From NCBI GenBank assembly GCA_029932605.1, contig JAOZPT010000004.1, forward strand, positions 40,203 through 92,312: a DNA stretch of 52,110 bases, given 5' to 3'. The notes under the pieces were generated by a model, which ran no database searches, had not been told where the DNA came from, and saw only the letters and a program-made list of their open reading frames with translations. Made by a program: the position numbers and the translations under genes. This document shows, piece by piece, positions 1-11,100 of this stretch; the first letter of the stretch is position 1, and each line of letters opens with the position of its first letter. The DNA comes from Candidatus Zixiibacteriota bacterium (GTDB lineage Bacteria > Zixibacteria > MSB-5A5 > UBA10806 > 4484-95).

Positions 1-342
1 ACAGTCGGGTGAGGTCATATGGCTCTTTAAGCCACCCGACTGCACGATAAATAACCTTTTTTTAAATAACTCCACAGTTCTGGCAGTTCGTAGGTAAAAA
101 TGACCGTGAACTGCCAGTTTAATGCGATAATAATCGTCAGGTCACGCTTTGCTACGACCTGACTGAACTGGAAATTTCAGATTAAAGTTCTATTATATAG
201 TGTCATGACCATTGCGGATGAGGTATATTTCAGTGCTGTCAGGTCGCCTGACCTGACAGATTACAGTCGGGTGAGGTCATATGGCTCTTTAAGCCACCCG
301 ACTGCACGATAAATAACAAGAGGCTGCCAGTTCATTGAACTG
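1..342. repeat. Cluster of short palindromes (REP/BIME-like) including a 55-bp exact direct repeat
   Basis: 1-55 is identical to 263-317, each copy with arms CAGTCGGGTG/CACCCGACTG. Other palindromes: GTCAGGTC/GACCTGAC (136-163), TGTCAGGTC/GACCTGACA (237-258), CTGGCAGTTC/GAACTGCCAG (80-117). Confidence 0.75.
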
Positions 343-560
343 TAATATGTTAATTTCAAGGATGCAGAACCAATCAAAGTCATAGTGTGTTTTTGAGTTG
401 TTTAAAGAATTTAATCGTCGGCAATGCAGTAACTCCGACTCCTGTCAAGAGTGATTCTTGGACAAGATGCCCAAGCCACTTCCTAAAATGAAAAAAGTTT
501 ATGAATAATGCAGGCTAATACAGCTCCTGCTACCTCAAATTGCAACATCCTGACATCCAT

Positions 561-2975
561 CTATCTTATCTTTATTTCATATGGTAACCGATAAAAATAT
601 GATGACTCATCCAGATAAGATAATAAAATCAACCCGGGAACCTTACCGATTAAAACATCAGCCAAATTGTTCTTTTTAGTTTTATAACCTTTTAGAATAT
701 CAAATTTGTATTCAGGCAATATCTCCAGCTTGATAGGACAATCGGGATCGATATCAGCTTTTATAGCGGCCAGCTCTATCGCCTCCAGAAGACCGCCATA
801 GCTATCGGCCAGACCTATCTCCACCGCCCTCTGACCTGACCATACACGCCCTTGACCCAGCGAATCAACACGCGATTTCGGCATCTTGCGCCAGCCAGCT
901 ACTTTACTTATAAAATCATCGTAAAACTCACTCAATTGCTTGTAAACAAGCTCCTTTTCCTCTTTGTTTAAGGACCGCCAATCGGTACGGATATCCGCAT
1001 GTTTACCCCTTTTTAAAATTACCTTATTAGCACCGACTTTATCATATAAACCCGATGCAACCAGTTTACCCATAAAAATACCAATAGAGCCGGTAATGGC
1101 GCCCGGCATCATTAAAATATCATCACCAATACAGGCAATGTAATATCCTCCGGAAGCAGCCACGTCACCAACAGACACTACCAGTGGTTTTTTATCTTTA
1201 ATTTTTTTCAACTCACGGTAAATTTCATCAGTGGCAAAGACATCTCCTCCCGGTGAATCGATCCTCAGGACCACCGCCCGGATATCCTTATCGGTGCGGG
1301 CTTTCCGCAAAGCGCTGGCTATAGTTTCTTCGCCCATAGTCCGGCCGATAAAAGGCTCATCATGGCTATGTTTTCCCACCATATCACCATTAGCATAAAC
1401 AACAGCTATCCTGGCCGGCTCGCTCCAGTAATCTGTGAAAAATTCATACTTATACTTTTGGGAAAGCTCTTCAAAATTATATTTTCTCGAAAAGTATACA
1501 CCCGAATTTTTTAAAATTTCATCTTTAAAAACAAGCCCATCAACCAAGCCGGCACTTATGGCGCTTTTTGGTGAAAAAGGTCCCGTATCGATAAGAGACT
1601 TGAGCTTCTCTTCAGAAATTCCATTGTTTGTGGCGATATCAAAGATCATCTGGTTATACAGATCATCAAGCAGGACACTGGTCTGAAGACTTTCCGCTTC
1701 CGACATAGTCTTGCGTGTTAAAATCTCTGGTGCGGTTTTAAACTGTCCAATACTTACAAAATCAGCGTATAGCCCGATTTTCTCTAGGGTGCCAGCCAGA
1801 TAAATCAACTCTGCTTTTAAACCTTTTAGCTCAAGATAACCTGATGGGGATAAGTAAACCTCGTCAGCAGTTGAGGCGATGTAATATTCAAGGTTTCCAG
1901 CCACGTCGATAAAAGCGACAACTTTTTTACCGGAAGCGCGAAATTTAGTTATAGCCGATCTTAACTCCTGAGCCGAGGCAAAACCAAGTGGAAAATTTTC
2001 GATATCTAAAAATAAACCGACGATTCCCGGATCGTCGGTCGCTTTCTGGATATTTTCCAATATCCTTAACAATGGTACTCGTCTTGGACGGAAAAACCCC
2101 CGGGCTCGAACCTCCTCCGTAAGCGAATTATCTATTTTTACTTTTCCAATTCTTTTATCTGAAAAAATTGACTCGGTTCTAGTAACCGGTCCCTGGTTGT
2201 AGTAAAAACTCCCCCCTAAAAAATCACTTTCGGAAAACCTCGAGCTTACTCCTGTCTCCGCTTGATTTAGGGCATAAGCTAAACCGACTTTAAAAAAACC
2301 ATCCGTACGATAATCAGCCGCTAATATTATTTTTGGCACGGGTTTAATCTGTAACCTGAATAACGATTCTATCTCCCCAAGATCATCTTTCTCATGGAGA
2401 TAACCATCAATTGAGAAAGTGAACTTACTGCCAAGAGGACGCAAACCGACTCCGAGTGTATATAATCTCTCAAGAGTTTTCTCAGCGAATTTTGGACGAT
2501 TTAGATTATCAATCACAAGCCCCAGAGAAATGATAGGCTTGGGACGATACAATAAACCGATTTTATATATATTCTTTTTATAGTAAATTTCGCTACTAGT
2601 TCCTCCAAACCAGGCATAGGATAAACCCATGTAGAAATTTCGAAACAATCTCATGCCACTCGCTAATAAATATTTCCGTCGAAATATATCGTTGGTATGT
2701 TTAAGCCATTGTATGGAAAACAACATGCCCTTCATTCCCAAAATAAAACCATTATCTCCTTTAATAGATGAATCGGGGAAAGCATGTATATAACGCAGGC
2801 CAAGAATATAATCCGGCGCCAGCCCGGCTGGATTTATCATGCCAGCAGAAACGTTATTAACTGTAGCTACCGACTGCGAAAAAAGCTGCATATCCGCCTC
2901 GACCTGAGGATACGCAGAAGCCACCATTAACAACAAGAAATAAACAGCAAGGACGTTAACTGCCTTCAAAATCAC
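561..2975 (-). CDS. sppA: Signal peptide peptidase SppA (S49, tandem domains) with an N-terminal beta-strand-rich extension
   Basis: Motifs GQFKTA, RIDSPGG, AASGGYYIA, TGSIG, GRVWSG..A. N-terminal signal peptide. True start may be TTG at 2969. Confidence 0.9.
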   Translation of the reverse strand: MILKAVNVLAVYFLLLMVASAYPQVEADMQLFSQSVATVNNVSAGMINPAGLAPDYILGLRYIHAFPDSSIKGDNGFILGMKGMLFSIQWLKHTNDIFRRKYLLASGMRLFRNFYMGLSYAWFGGTSSEIYYKKNIYKIGLLYRPKPIISLGLVIDNLNRPKFAEKTLERLYTLGVGLRPLGSKFTFSIDGYLHEKDDLGEIESLFRLQIKPVPKIILAADYRTDGFFKVGLAYALNQAETGVSSRFSESDFLGGSFYYNQGPVTRTESIFSDKRIGKVKIDNSLTEEVRARGFFRPRRVPLLRILENIQKATDDPGIVGLFLDIENFPLGFASAQELRSAITKFRASGKKVVAFIDVAGNLEYYIASTADEVYLSPSGYLELKGLKAELIYLAGTLEKIGLYADFVSIGQFKTAPEILTRKTMSEAESLQTSVLLDDLYNQMIFDIATNNGISEEKLKSLIDTGPFSPKSAISAGLVDGLVFKDEILKNSGVYFSRKYNFEELSQKYKYEFFTDYWSEPARIAVVYANGDMVGKHSHDEPFIGRTMGEETIASALRKARTDKDIRAVVLRIDSPGGDVFATDEIYRELKKIKDKKPLVVSVGDVAASGGYYIACIGDDILMMPGAITGSIGIFMGKLVASGLYDKVGANKVILKRGKHADIRTDWRSLNKEEKELVYKQLSEFYDDFISKVAGWRKMPKSRVDSLGQGRVWSGQRAVEIGLADSYGGLLEAIELAAIKADIDPDCPIKLEILPEYKFDILKGYKTKKNNLADVLIGKVPGLILLSYLDESSYFYRLPYEIKIR

Positions 2976-3023
2976 TCCTTTTATATAAAATAATAGTTGT
3001 ATTTATATAAATGGGCAAGTCTT

Positions 3024-4166
3024 TTATTTGCCTCTTATGTTTATTTCACCTATGCCGTTAACATTCAGTTCAATTTTCGACTCGCCATTACCGATAATAC
3101 CCTCCAGACGGTTTCTTTCCATAGCCAGTGGTTTAATTGAAAAACCACTGGTATGGATACTACCACCCTCATCAACACTCAGTATTAGTCTTGCCGACAC
3201 ATCGGGAACCAAAGATATATTGATACTACCATAAGTATTATTGACGAAAAGCCGGGCCTCGTCAATATTCATATTGTCCAGATTAATAGGAGAGTATTTC
3301 GTCTCAATCATGTTAATGCCATGAGTAAAGTTTACATTTTCAAGGTCTATCGGGTTATAGCTGGTTTCACAAACAATCTCACCCTTAATATTCTCAGCCT
3401 TTATCTTGCCATAGCTGGTTCTCAATACTACACTTCCAGAACCAGCATCTATATCACTAGCTATAATACTATCATAACTCGTTAATACTTTCACAGGACC
3501 TTCTATATTATCCAGCATGATGTCACCATAAGATGTTTCAAAATATCCGGGGTTCTCACTAATAGTTAATCTGCTGGCCCTGATCCTACCATAGCTCGTT
3601 TCAACTGATATTTCACCCTCAATTCCGGAGAGTTCCACCTCAGAATACGAGGTTTTAACAACCAATCTGCCTCTAACATCTTCTACCCTTATTGGGCCAT
3701 ATTCATTATCAACCCTGACACCATTGAAAGGGCCTAGCAGTACGATGGTACTATACGAATTACGGGATTCAATTTCAAAGTTTTCGGGTACCCATATTTC
3801 AAAATTCACACCAGCACTGTAATCGCTTCCCTCCCAAGGTGCGCTGATAGGTGTTAACACACGCAAACGCAGATTCTCATCAGCAGAAGTGTTATCGCCG
3901 AGTTTTATGTCAATAAGGTCAACAAATCTCTGCTCCTGCTTTAATGATTTTGCATTAGCCCACTTGTTAAATTCCACTTTGACTGTTTTATCCGTATGAG
4001 TTTCTACAAGTATATCGCACTTAAGGTTTTGGGGTGTCAGTATTTTCAAAGCGGTTTTATCATCAGCCGACGCCGTTAATTCTCCATTGGCCAAAATTGA
4101 CTGCTGGCCGTAAACGTTTCCTCCAACTACAAACATCATCGTTAATATCGATAAAATAGTTCTCAC
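3024..4166 (-). CDS. Secreted DUF4097/adhesin-like beta-repeat protein
   Basis: Signal peptide and repeated 'TSYGxI' units. Confidence 0.7.
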   Translation of the reverse strand: MRTILSILTMMFVVGGNVYGQQSILANGELTASADDKTALKILTPQNLKCDILVETHTDKTVKVEFNKWANAKSLKQEQRFVDLIDIKLGDNTSADENLRLRVLTPISAPWEGSDYSAGVNFEIWVPENFEIESRNSYSTIVLLGPFNGVRVDNEYGPIRVEDVRGRLVVKTSYSEVELSGIEGEISVETSYGRIRASRLTISENPGYFETSYGDIMLDNIEGPVKVLTSYDSIIASDIDAGSGSVVLRTSYGKIKAENIKGEIVCETSYNPIDLENVNFTHGINMIETKYSPINLDNMNIDEARLFVNNTYGSINISLVPDVSARLILSVDEGGSIHTSGFSIKPLAMERNRLEGIIGNGESKIELNVNGIGEINIRGK

Positions 4167-4240
4167 TAACGCTCCTTCTTCCTGTCCGATAAAATATACG
4201 TTAATTTTACATAACGGTTTCGTTTTGTTCCTTTAGCCGG

Positions 4241-5152
4241 TTATAAGTTTTTGTCATACAATAATCTCAAAACCACTCGGCCAACCTCATTCAAGCTTTC
4301 AACAGAGCATTTATCCGGCGTATCGGAAAGTTTATGCCAGTACTTGTAATCCATATCTATAATCACAGCCGCACTAATACCAACCTCCTGAAAAGGTCTA
4401 TGGTCATCCAGAACGGCATGCTTAACATAGGGATAAAAATGTGATGCCTCCTCCAACTCGGCTGCTCGCCAGATACGTTTAACCAACCAATCTGCATATT
4501 TCTGTGAATAATACTCCTTGTAAATTTGAAGGTCTGCATCTCCAATCATATCCAGTAAAATCACGTAAAGAGGATGATAACCGCCTATATTTTTAACGAA
4601 ATATTTGCTCCCCAGCAACCATTTGTCAGGTTTACCAAAATCTCCATAATCCTCACCATCAAAGAAAATGATATCAACACCTATGGATGGTCGATATTTC
4701 TTTAATGTCTCGGCGATTACAAGAAGCACTGCTACTCCGGAAGCACCATCGTTGGCACCCGGAACCGGTAAATGATGAAGACTTGAGTCTGGCTCTTCAT
4801 CTACCCAGGGACGGCTATCCCAGTGGGCACAAAGCAGAACTCGCTGGCTGTTATCAGGATTATATGAGGCAATTATATTGGTCAGGTAAAGGGTATCGCC
4901 GGTATCTTCGTCGTGATAAGTAAATTTCTGGCGCCGGCAGACGTCTGTGGTTGCAGCTAACTTATCATAAAGATAATCCTCACAATCGTGGGCAGCCTTG
5001 CTGTTGGGTACCCGCGGACCAAAATCACATTGCTGCTTTAAATAGATGAACGCCTTGTTCCCATCAAAATCGGGAATGGTCTGATGACCACATCCTGCCA
5101 AAATAAAAACAATCAAAACAAGTAGCCATAATTGCCAATATCTCTTACGCAT
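4241..5152 (-). CDS. M28-family Zn peptidase lipoprotein, glutaminyl-cyclase-like
   Basis: Lipobox LAGC; AHWDSRP, GANDGASG, FDGEDYG, LLDMIG, DDH, YWH motifs. Confidence 0.8.
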   Translation of the reverse strand: MRKRYWQLWLLVLIVFILAGCGHQTIPDFDGNKAFIYLKQQCDFGPRVPNSKAAHDCEDYLYDKLAATTDVCRRQKFTYHDEDTGDTLYLTNIIASYNPDNSQRVLLCAHWDSRPWVDEEPDSSLHHLPVPGANDGASGVAVLLVIAETLKKYRPSIGVDIIFFDGEDYGDFGKPDKWLLGSKYFVKNIGGYHPLYVILLDMIGDADLQIYKEYYSQKYADWLVKRIWRAAELEEASHFYPYVKHAVLDDHRPFQEVGISAAVIIDMDYKYWHKLSDTPDKCSVESLNEVGRVVLRLLYDKNL

Positions 5153-8100
5153 TAAAACCTCAGTTCAGTCCATATGCCCAATTCACGGACATGTCTTTTA
5201 CGTTGTTGAACTTTATCGTTAGAGTCATACCAGCGGGCTTGAAGACCGCCGGTGATCTTGGCCGAGAACCTATAAGATAATCTGGGTTCAATACCGGTCT
5301 CAACAGTATTCCGGTCAACCGTTTTACTGCCTGATTGGAAATACCACGATTTCCTGAAATTTTTATTGATGTCCAATGACATCGTAAGCTGGCTTTCAAA
5401 CTTGACTTTCCCAAAAAGTGGGATATTAAGCCCTTGGGGTGCTGTCAATGAGTAACTCAACGAAAGCTTAAAGGTCTTGTCCTGGTTATGACTTACTCTA
5501 CCATTATCGCCCTGCTCACGAAGGCTTTCGGTCTTTTTCTTGCTGTAGTCATATCGGATGGTAGCTTTAACCCCGTTTTTCAAACCAAGATTCAAACCCA
5601 GAAATGGCGAAAATGTTTGCAGGGTATTTCTGTCGTGAAGCTCACCGGTGGTGGCATTGCTAGATACATCAACTTTCCGGGAGAAATTAGTCTGGATGGA
5701 TGCAGTCCTTGAAAACAACTTTATAAACGGAAATTTTTCAATTCCGGAAAAGCTTACATCCAGATGCGGAAATTCTACGGATTTACTCTTTATCGGGTTA
5801 TTGGTTGAATGAGTTATGCTCTGCCGAAACTTATATGACGAGTTAATATCTAAATTCCTTATCAATGATAAACCCGAACTCAATGAATAATCCCTGGTGA
5901 AAATCGATTGGTCTCTTGTACCCACACCAACAGACTCTTTTTGCCGGACATTAGTCTTATCCGCGAAACCAAGAGTGTAAAGCCAGCCTGGCCTATCATA
6001 TAACCCTGAACGGGTGATGTTCTTATCACTTGTAAATGAAGCTTTAATCGGTTTAACCGATCGCAATAAATGTAAAATCCCTTTAAACGCTACCAATGGA
6101 CTAGGTATTCCCCCTCCTTTTTCAGTAAATTCCTCACCCTCGCCTATTTCCTCACCTTCTTCATTGTTTTTCTCTCCTTCCTTTCCCTGTTTTTCGGGAG
6201 GATTTTTAGGTGTTTCTTCTCTGCCCTTTCGGTGCTTGTCAAATCGTGACTTGGTCAAACCCAAAGCCTGAATCATATCAATTGTTACATCTCCTCGCAG
6301 TGTAGCTCTCATCTGCGTTGAGCGTGTAGAATCTGGATTCCTCGTAAGGTCGGAATCATCGTTGTATGTAGAATTAAATTGCAAGCGTGGCATCAACTGA
6401 CGATTTAATTTAGGTGAAAAGGATATTGAGAAACTCTGGTTAAATTTCCTTTCCCTTCCTAATTTAATCTTTCTCGGATCAGGGGAAAAATATAATGTAT
6501 TGGGGTCTTTTATATCACGGTTGGTGGTAGCGGAGAAGTCAGTTTTAAGTGCGGTAAACAGGTCTATTTTAAGCGTTTGCTTCATAATCAGGTCGCGTAT
6601 GTATGAGGAGGTTTTGATACCCCGTTGATTTACTGAAAAAGTTTTTCGGCTGTTTACTGTCGCATCAAACGATAAATTGCTCGGCAGGAAATACATTTTT
6701 ACATCGTGAATGGAAGCTGGAAGGAAAATGAATTTTAACCAGAACAATGGCTTTAAAAAGGGTTTGATGCGAGGTGTAAGGTTATAAGCGCTAAAAATAT
6801 CATAACTGGTGGTATTCGATATGGGAACAGCGGGACTGGTGTCATACTTCTTGGAATACGAAAAACGTGTTCTTATCCTGTTGAGTGTTAAATTCCATAA
6901 CCAGTTATTAGTATTCCTGTTAAATTGCTCCGATGACAGGATAGACCAGTATTTGTTTTCTGTTTTTTCCTTTTCGCGCATTCCAGTTGGTAATATTATA
7001 TCAGAGCCAGGCTTAAGGCGAGGAAGTTGTAGGTTTTTTTGCCAGCTAAAAGTAAACGGCCAGCTCAGTCCCCACCCTGGTGGGAAAAATTTATGAAGCT
7101 TGAAATTTGCTGTAAACGCTTTTCGAGTAGAAAGTGTCCCATCCGGTTTCTTCGATGAAAGCTTAAAGTAATCAGCGCCCACGCGAGAATAATTGAGCGT
7201 GATATCAACAAGATCAGCCATCCTGATGTTAGCAGAAATCCTTCCAGCAAAATCCGATTCTCGGCGAACATCGGTAACCCTCAGTTCATCACACCAAACC
7301 TCGCCACTGAGTGTATCTTCAGCAAGACTATCGTTCTCAACCCCCATTACATACCACTGAACCTTTGCCAATGATGGGTTCCCTTTCACCCGATAACGTG
7401 GATCGTTTTCGTCAGTAGTATCTGCTGTGGTGAAATCATCTGGATGGTTGGCATGAAGATAACTTTTCAAAGCTGTCATTTTTGCAAAATCTACCTCTAT
7501 ATAATTCTGCTCAGACCAGCCATCTTCCAACCTTGTCCTATATTCATAGAAATTGTTCACTGTATCCTGACCTACCCTGAAAAAGAAGATAAGGTTACCC
7601 GATTGTGCGGAACTGTCTCCATGAACATACATCTTCATTTTATTATAAAGCGTGTAATCCTCCGATTGATATAGATACCAGTATGCAGCAACTCTCTGAC
7701 CCGGTAATAGGTTATTATAACGTAACACCAACGATTGTTCTTTCTCCCTCATTCCCGTTTCACGAATCACCTCGCCAGCTACACCCGGCGGGGAATCATA
7801 ACTGATATTCTCCGTTGTATTTTTAACGGTAACCTCAAAATCGGTAACGACAGTTGTGTTAGTGTCTGGGTAAGTAATGGGCATAGCTTGCCATTTGTTG
7901 CCAACAAGCTGAATTGAGGCGATCTTTAACGTGCAAGGCTGTGAAGCTCCATCCAACCATAACCTGACAAACTTCATCTGCGAAAAATCTTCTGGCGGAA
8001 TGGCTGGCGTTGTGTAAACAGAGCTGTCCTGAAATGGTATCCTCATCAACTTCCATCCGGTTTGAGTCTCTTCAACCACATAATCCTGATTTTCAAGGTC

Positions 8101-11100
8101 AGCTGAATATCTAAAATATGAATTGATGATATCGAGGTAGTTATTGTTGTTAATATCCTCGGTGTCAAATCTGTTCAACCTATCGGGATCATTCCTGTTA
8201 CCCTCGGTGCCGTTGATTCTTGTATAATTGTTCGGTTCATTCTGGGAGTAATCCCAGTTATCACCACTGGGGTCCTCATCATCCGTATTATAATATACAC
8301 GTTCTTCCTCATCGGACATCCCATCCAAACCGGTATCCTCATCCTGCTCAAATACTCCATTGCGATTTGAATCTTCGGTATCGAGTTCAAGGTCGCTATC
8401 AATATCTTCGCTTATTCTGCCAACATCGATATGCAAAGTGGGGTTACCAGCAGGGTCTTCATGCTCGAAATAATACCATAACTCGATAAACTTCGTGCGA
8501 GAATGGTCAATCGAACCGGCAAACATTGGCCTCATGATACCTGACCAACTTTCAGTCGGCTCATCAACATAATTTGTGTCCTCAAGAGGAGAATACTCTA
8601 AAATTAAAACATCCGTCTTATTGTCCTGCTCCCGAATAGATTCCCTTTTATTGGGCCAGATATCTGTTATAGCGTAGGGATAATAGGGATTGTACCAGAT
8701 AAGGTCGCCTCTAGCAGAATCGCCCGGTGAGCCGTCGGGAGGAGAAGCTATTGTCCAGATGCCTCTTCGAGTAAACAAATCCGTATATTGGCGAGTCCCC
8801 TCGAAGTCATCAATGTAAGCGTTTTTATGAAGGTTCGGATTGGGAAAACTCTGGGCCACCTCACCCGATATCTCAACGGTCGAAAGGGCATCGGATTCCA
8901 CCAATGGTAATGCGTCAACAACATCGGTTAATAAATTCGGGTTGAATCGAAAAAGGAAATTCGAATCCCATATCATAGTCCGCCGAGGTTCACGACCAAC
9001 CCTGGGCCGGTATTCCCTGGTAGTTTCTTTACGATACATACCGGCTAAGGATACCCATGAATTCTCGTTAATAGCATACTTGGCCGATAAACCGTATAAT
9101 GACTTCTTCTCAGGTTGGAAAAAGGGAGCATACTCAAAATCCACGGTGATGTTTGCTGCCGGGTCTAATGCTTGCTCGGACAAAAACGTTATCATGCCCA
9201 GCTGGTAATCGATAGTGTAATCTACACCCTTCTGAAGGATACGGCCATCACCCATTCTGACAACCTCAGAATTCTCGATAATATTTATCCTGCGCAAACT
9301 AAATGAATTTCCCCTCTGCATTGTCTTAACGTAGATGTAATACTTTTGACCCTGAATGACATCGGAATGCCCATAACGATGTGTATATATATCCGTATTT
9401 GGAGAATTCAAGGCCGTGTCAGCAAAAGGCTCACTTTCAGGGAAAATTAAATGTCCTCGGGCAACGTCTAAATTGTAGTTGTTAAAATCAAAAAGGCAAT
9501 CAGAACTGGTATCCGATGGGTTCGTATTATCGTATCTATCCAGACCTAAAAGCGTTATATAGCAAACACCATCCTGGTCGAGGGTATCTGTCAATAAATC
9601 ACCATGTCCCTTGTAAATCTGCAGATCGAACCCTGCTGGGTCTAAGTTGCGGCTGTTAAGATCGTACACATTTCTCCATTCTAAATCCCATGTAGCCAAG
9701 GCGGTATCCGTTGGTTCACTGGTTTTAATTAACTTTAATATTACAATCGTATCGGGTGGAGTTGTTGTTGTGTCTACATAAGAAAGATTACCTTCCTTGA
9801 ATACATACGTAGTATCGCTAATCGTGTCCTTATGAGCATATTCGATATAAGCGGCAAGTATATCGGAATCCTGGAGGCGTTGGTTAAGGTTAAGTATAAC
9901 AAACCAACCCGAGCGAATGATATCGTATTCCGTTTCGGGGATTCTCTTTAATGGGCCGTCATAATATTCTCCACGAGCACTATCTATATTTGTTATATAA
10001 TATAAAGTATCTTGCTGTCCTGTCTGCCAAGGCTCTGGACCCCAATGGGGATCAACACAGGCTATACCATCTATATCTTTATCCAGGTCGGTTCCCCTTC
10101 TGTAAAGAACCACATTTAACAAAGAGTCAAGTTGGGGGTCGTAATTCTCATACGGCTTGGCTAGCCAGAAATAAACGTTATGCAAATATTGATAGTCTAG
10201 AATTTTGTTTGCAGAATCCTGGGCGCCCGCCTTAAACGTCGATTTTTCAGAGGAACCTTTCTCTTGAGAGGTAATCATCGTAAGTTCCATATTTCCGATT
10301 TTTGCAGTAGCCTTTATACCAAATAACCCCTGAACGTTTTCCGAATAACCGATAAATTGAGAATTGGGTAACGACAGGTTGGTATTACCCGCCTCGATCG
10401 TTTGAAGGATCTCATCCTCCTCACCCTTGTATCGAAGTTTTAATGTGTTAGCGAGTTCGGTATCTCGGTTGGAATCCTGGTCAACCTCAATATGGATTTT
10501 CGAACCAATATCACCCCTGATTTTAAAGCGAGAGGTTTGTTCCATATGCAGAGAAGGAAATTTAGACTGTTTAAATGTTCCTGTATTGACAAGGTTATCC
10601 TCCCACTCGGAACGCCCTGAAAATGAAATCCTTCGGTAACCTGTAACAGTTATTCTCGGTCCCCCCTCACCGATTATCGACCTTACCGATTTGGGAAGAG
10701 GCCCTATAGAAATCGGTATTTCAAACCCTTCAGAGCGCTTACCCTGGCCTTTAGTGCCACTGAATGTGGCCATATCATAAATCCAGGAATCGAACACTTT
10801 CTTGTTGGCTCTCCAATAAACATAATCATCAAACCTCATAACCAATTGATTATAAAGCGAATTCTTCCCAACAATTAAAGTCAAGTGAACATAATCCCTT
10901 TCGGGTGTGATTTCTACCGACCAGGTATATGTGTTTTTATTGAATTTAAGAAAATGGGACTCTGGTTTATTTAAAGATATTCCTCCAGAGGAATCTGGTA
11001 AGTCTCTCGGAGGTACAAATCTGTCTTTAATAGAAAAAACGACATCTAAATAGCCAACCGCAGGAAGCGCAATCTCAGGGCTAGCTAAGATCGCCGTTGT

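Noticed and set aside
1..317. CRISPR array
   Set aside because: Only two 55-bp copies about 207 bp apart, no regular spacers and no cas genes in the window.
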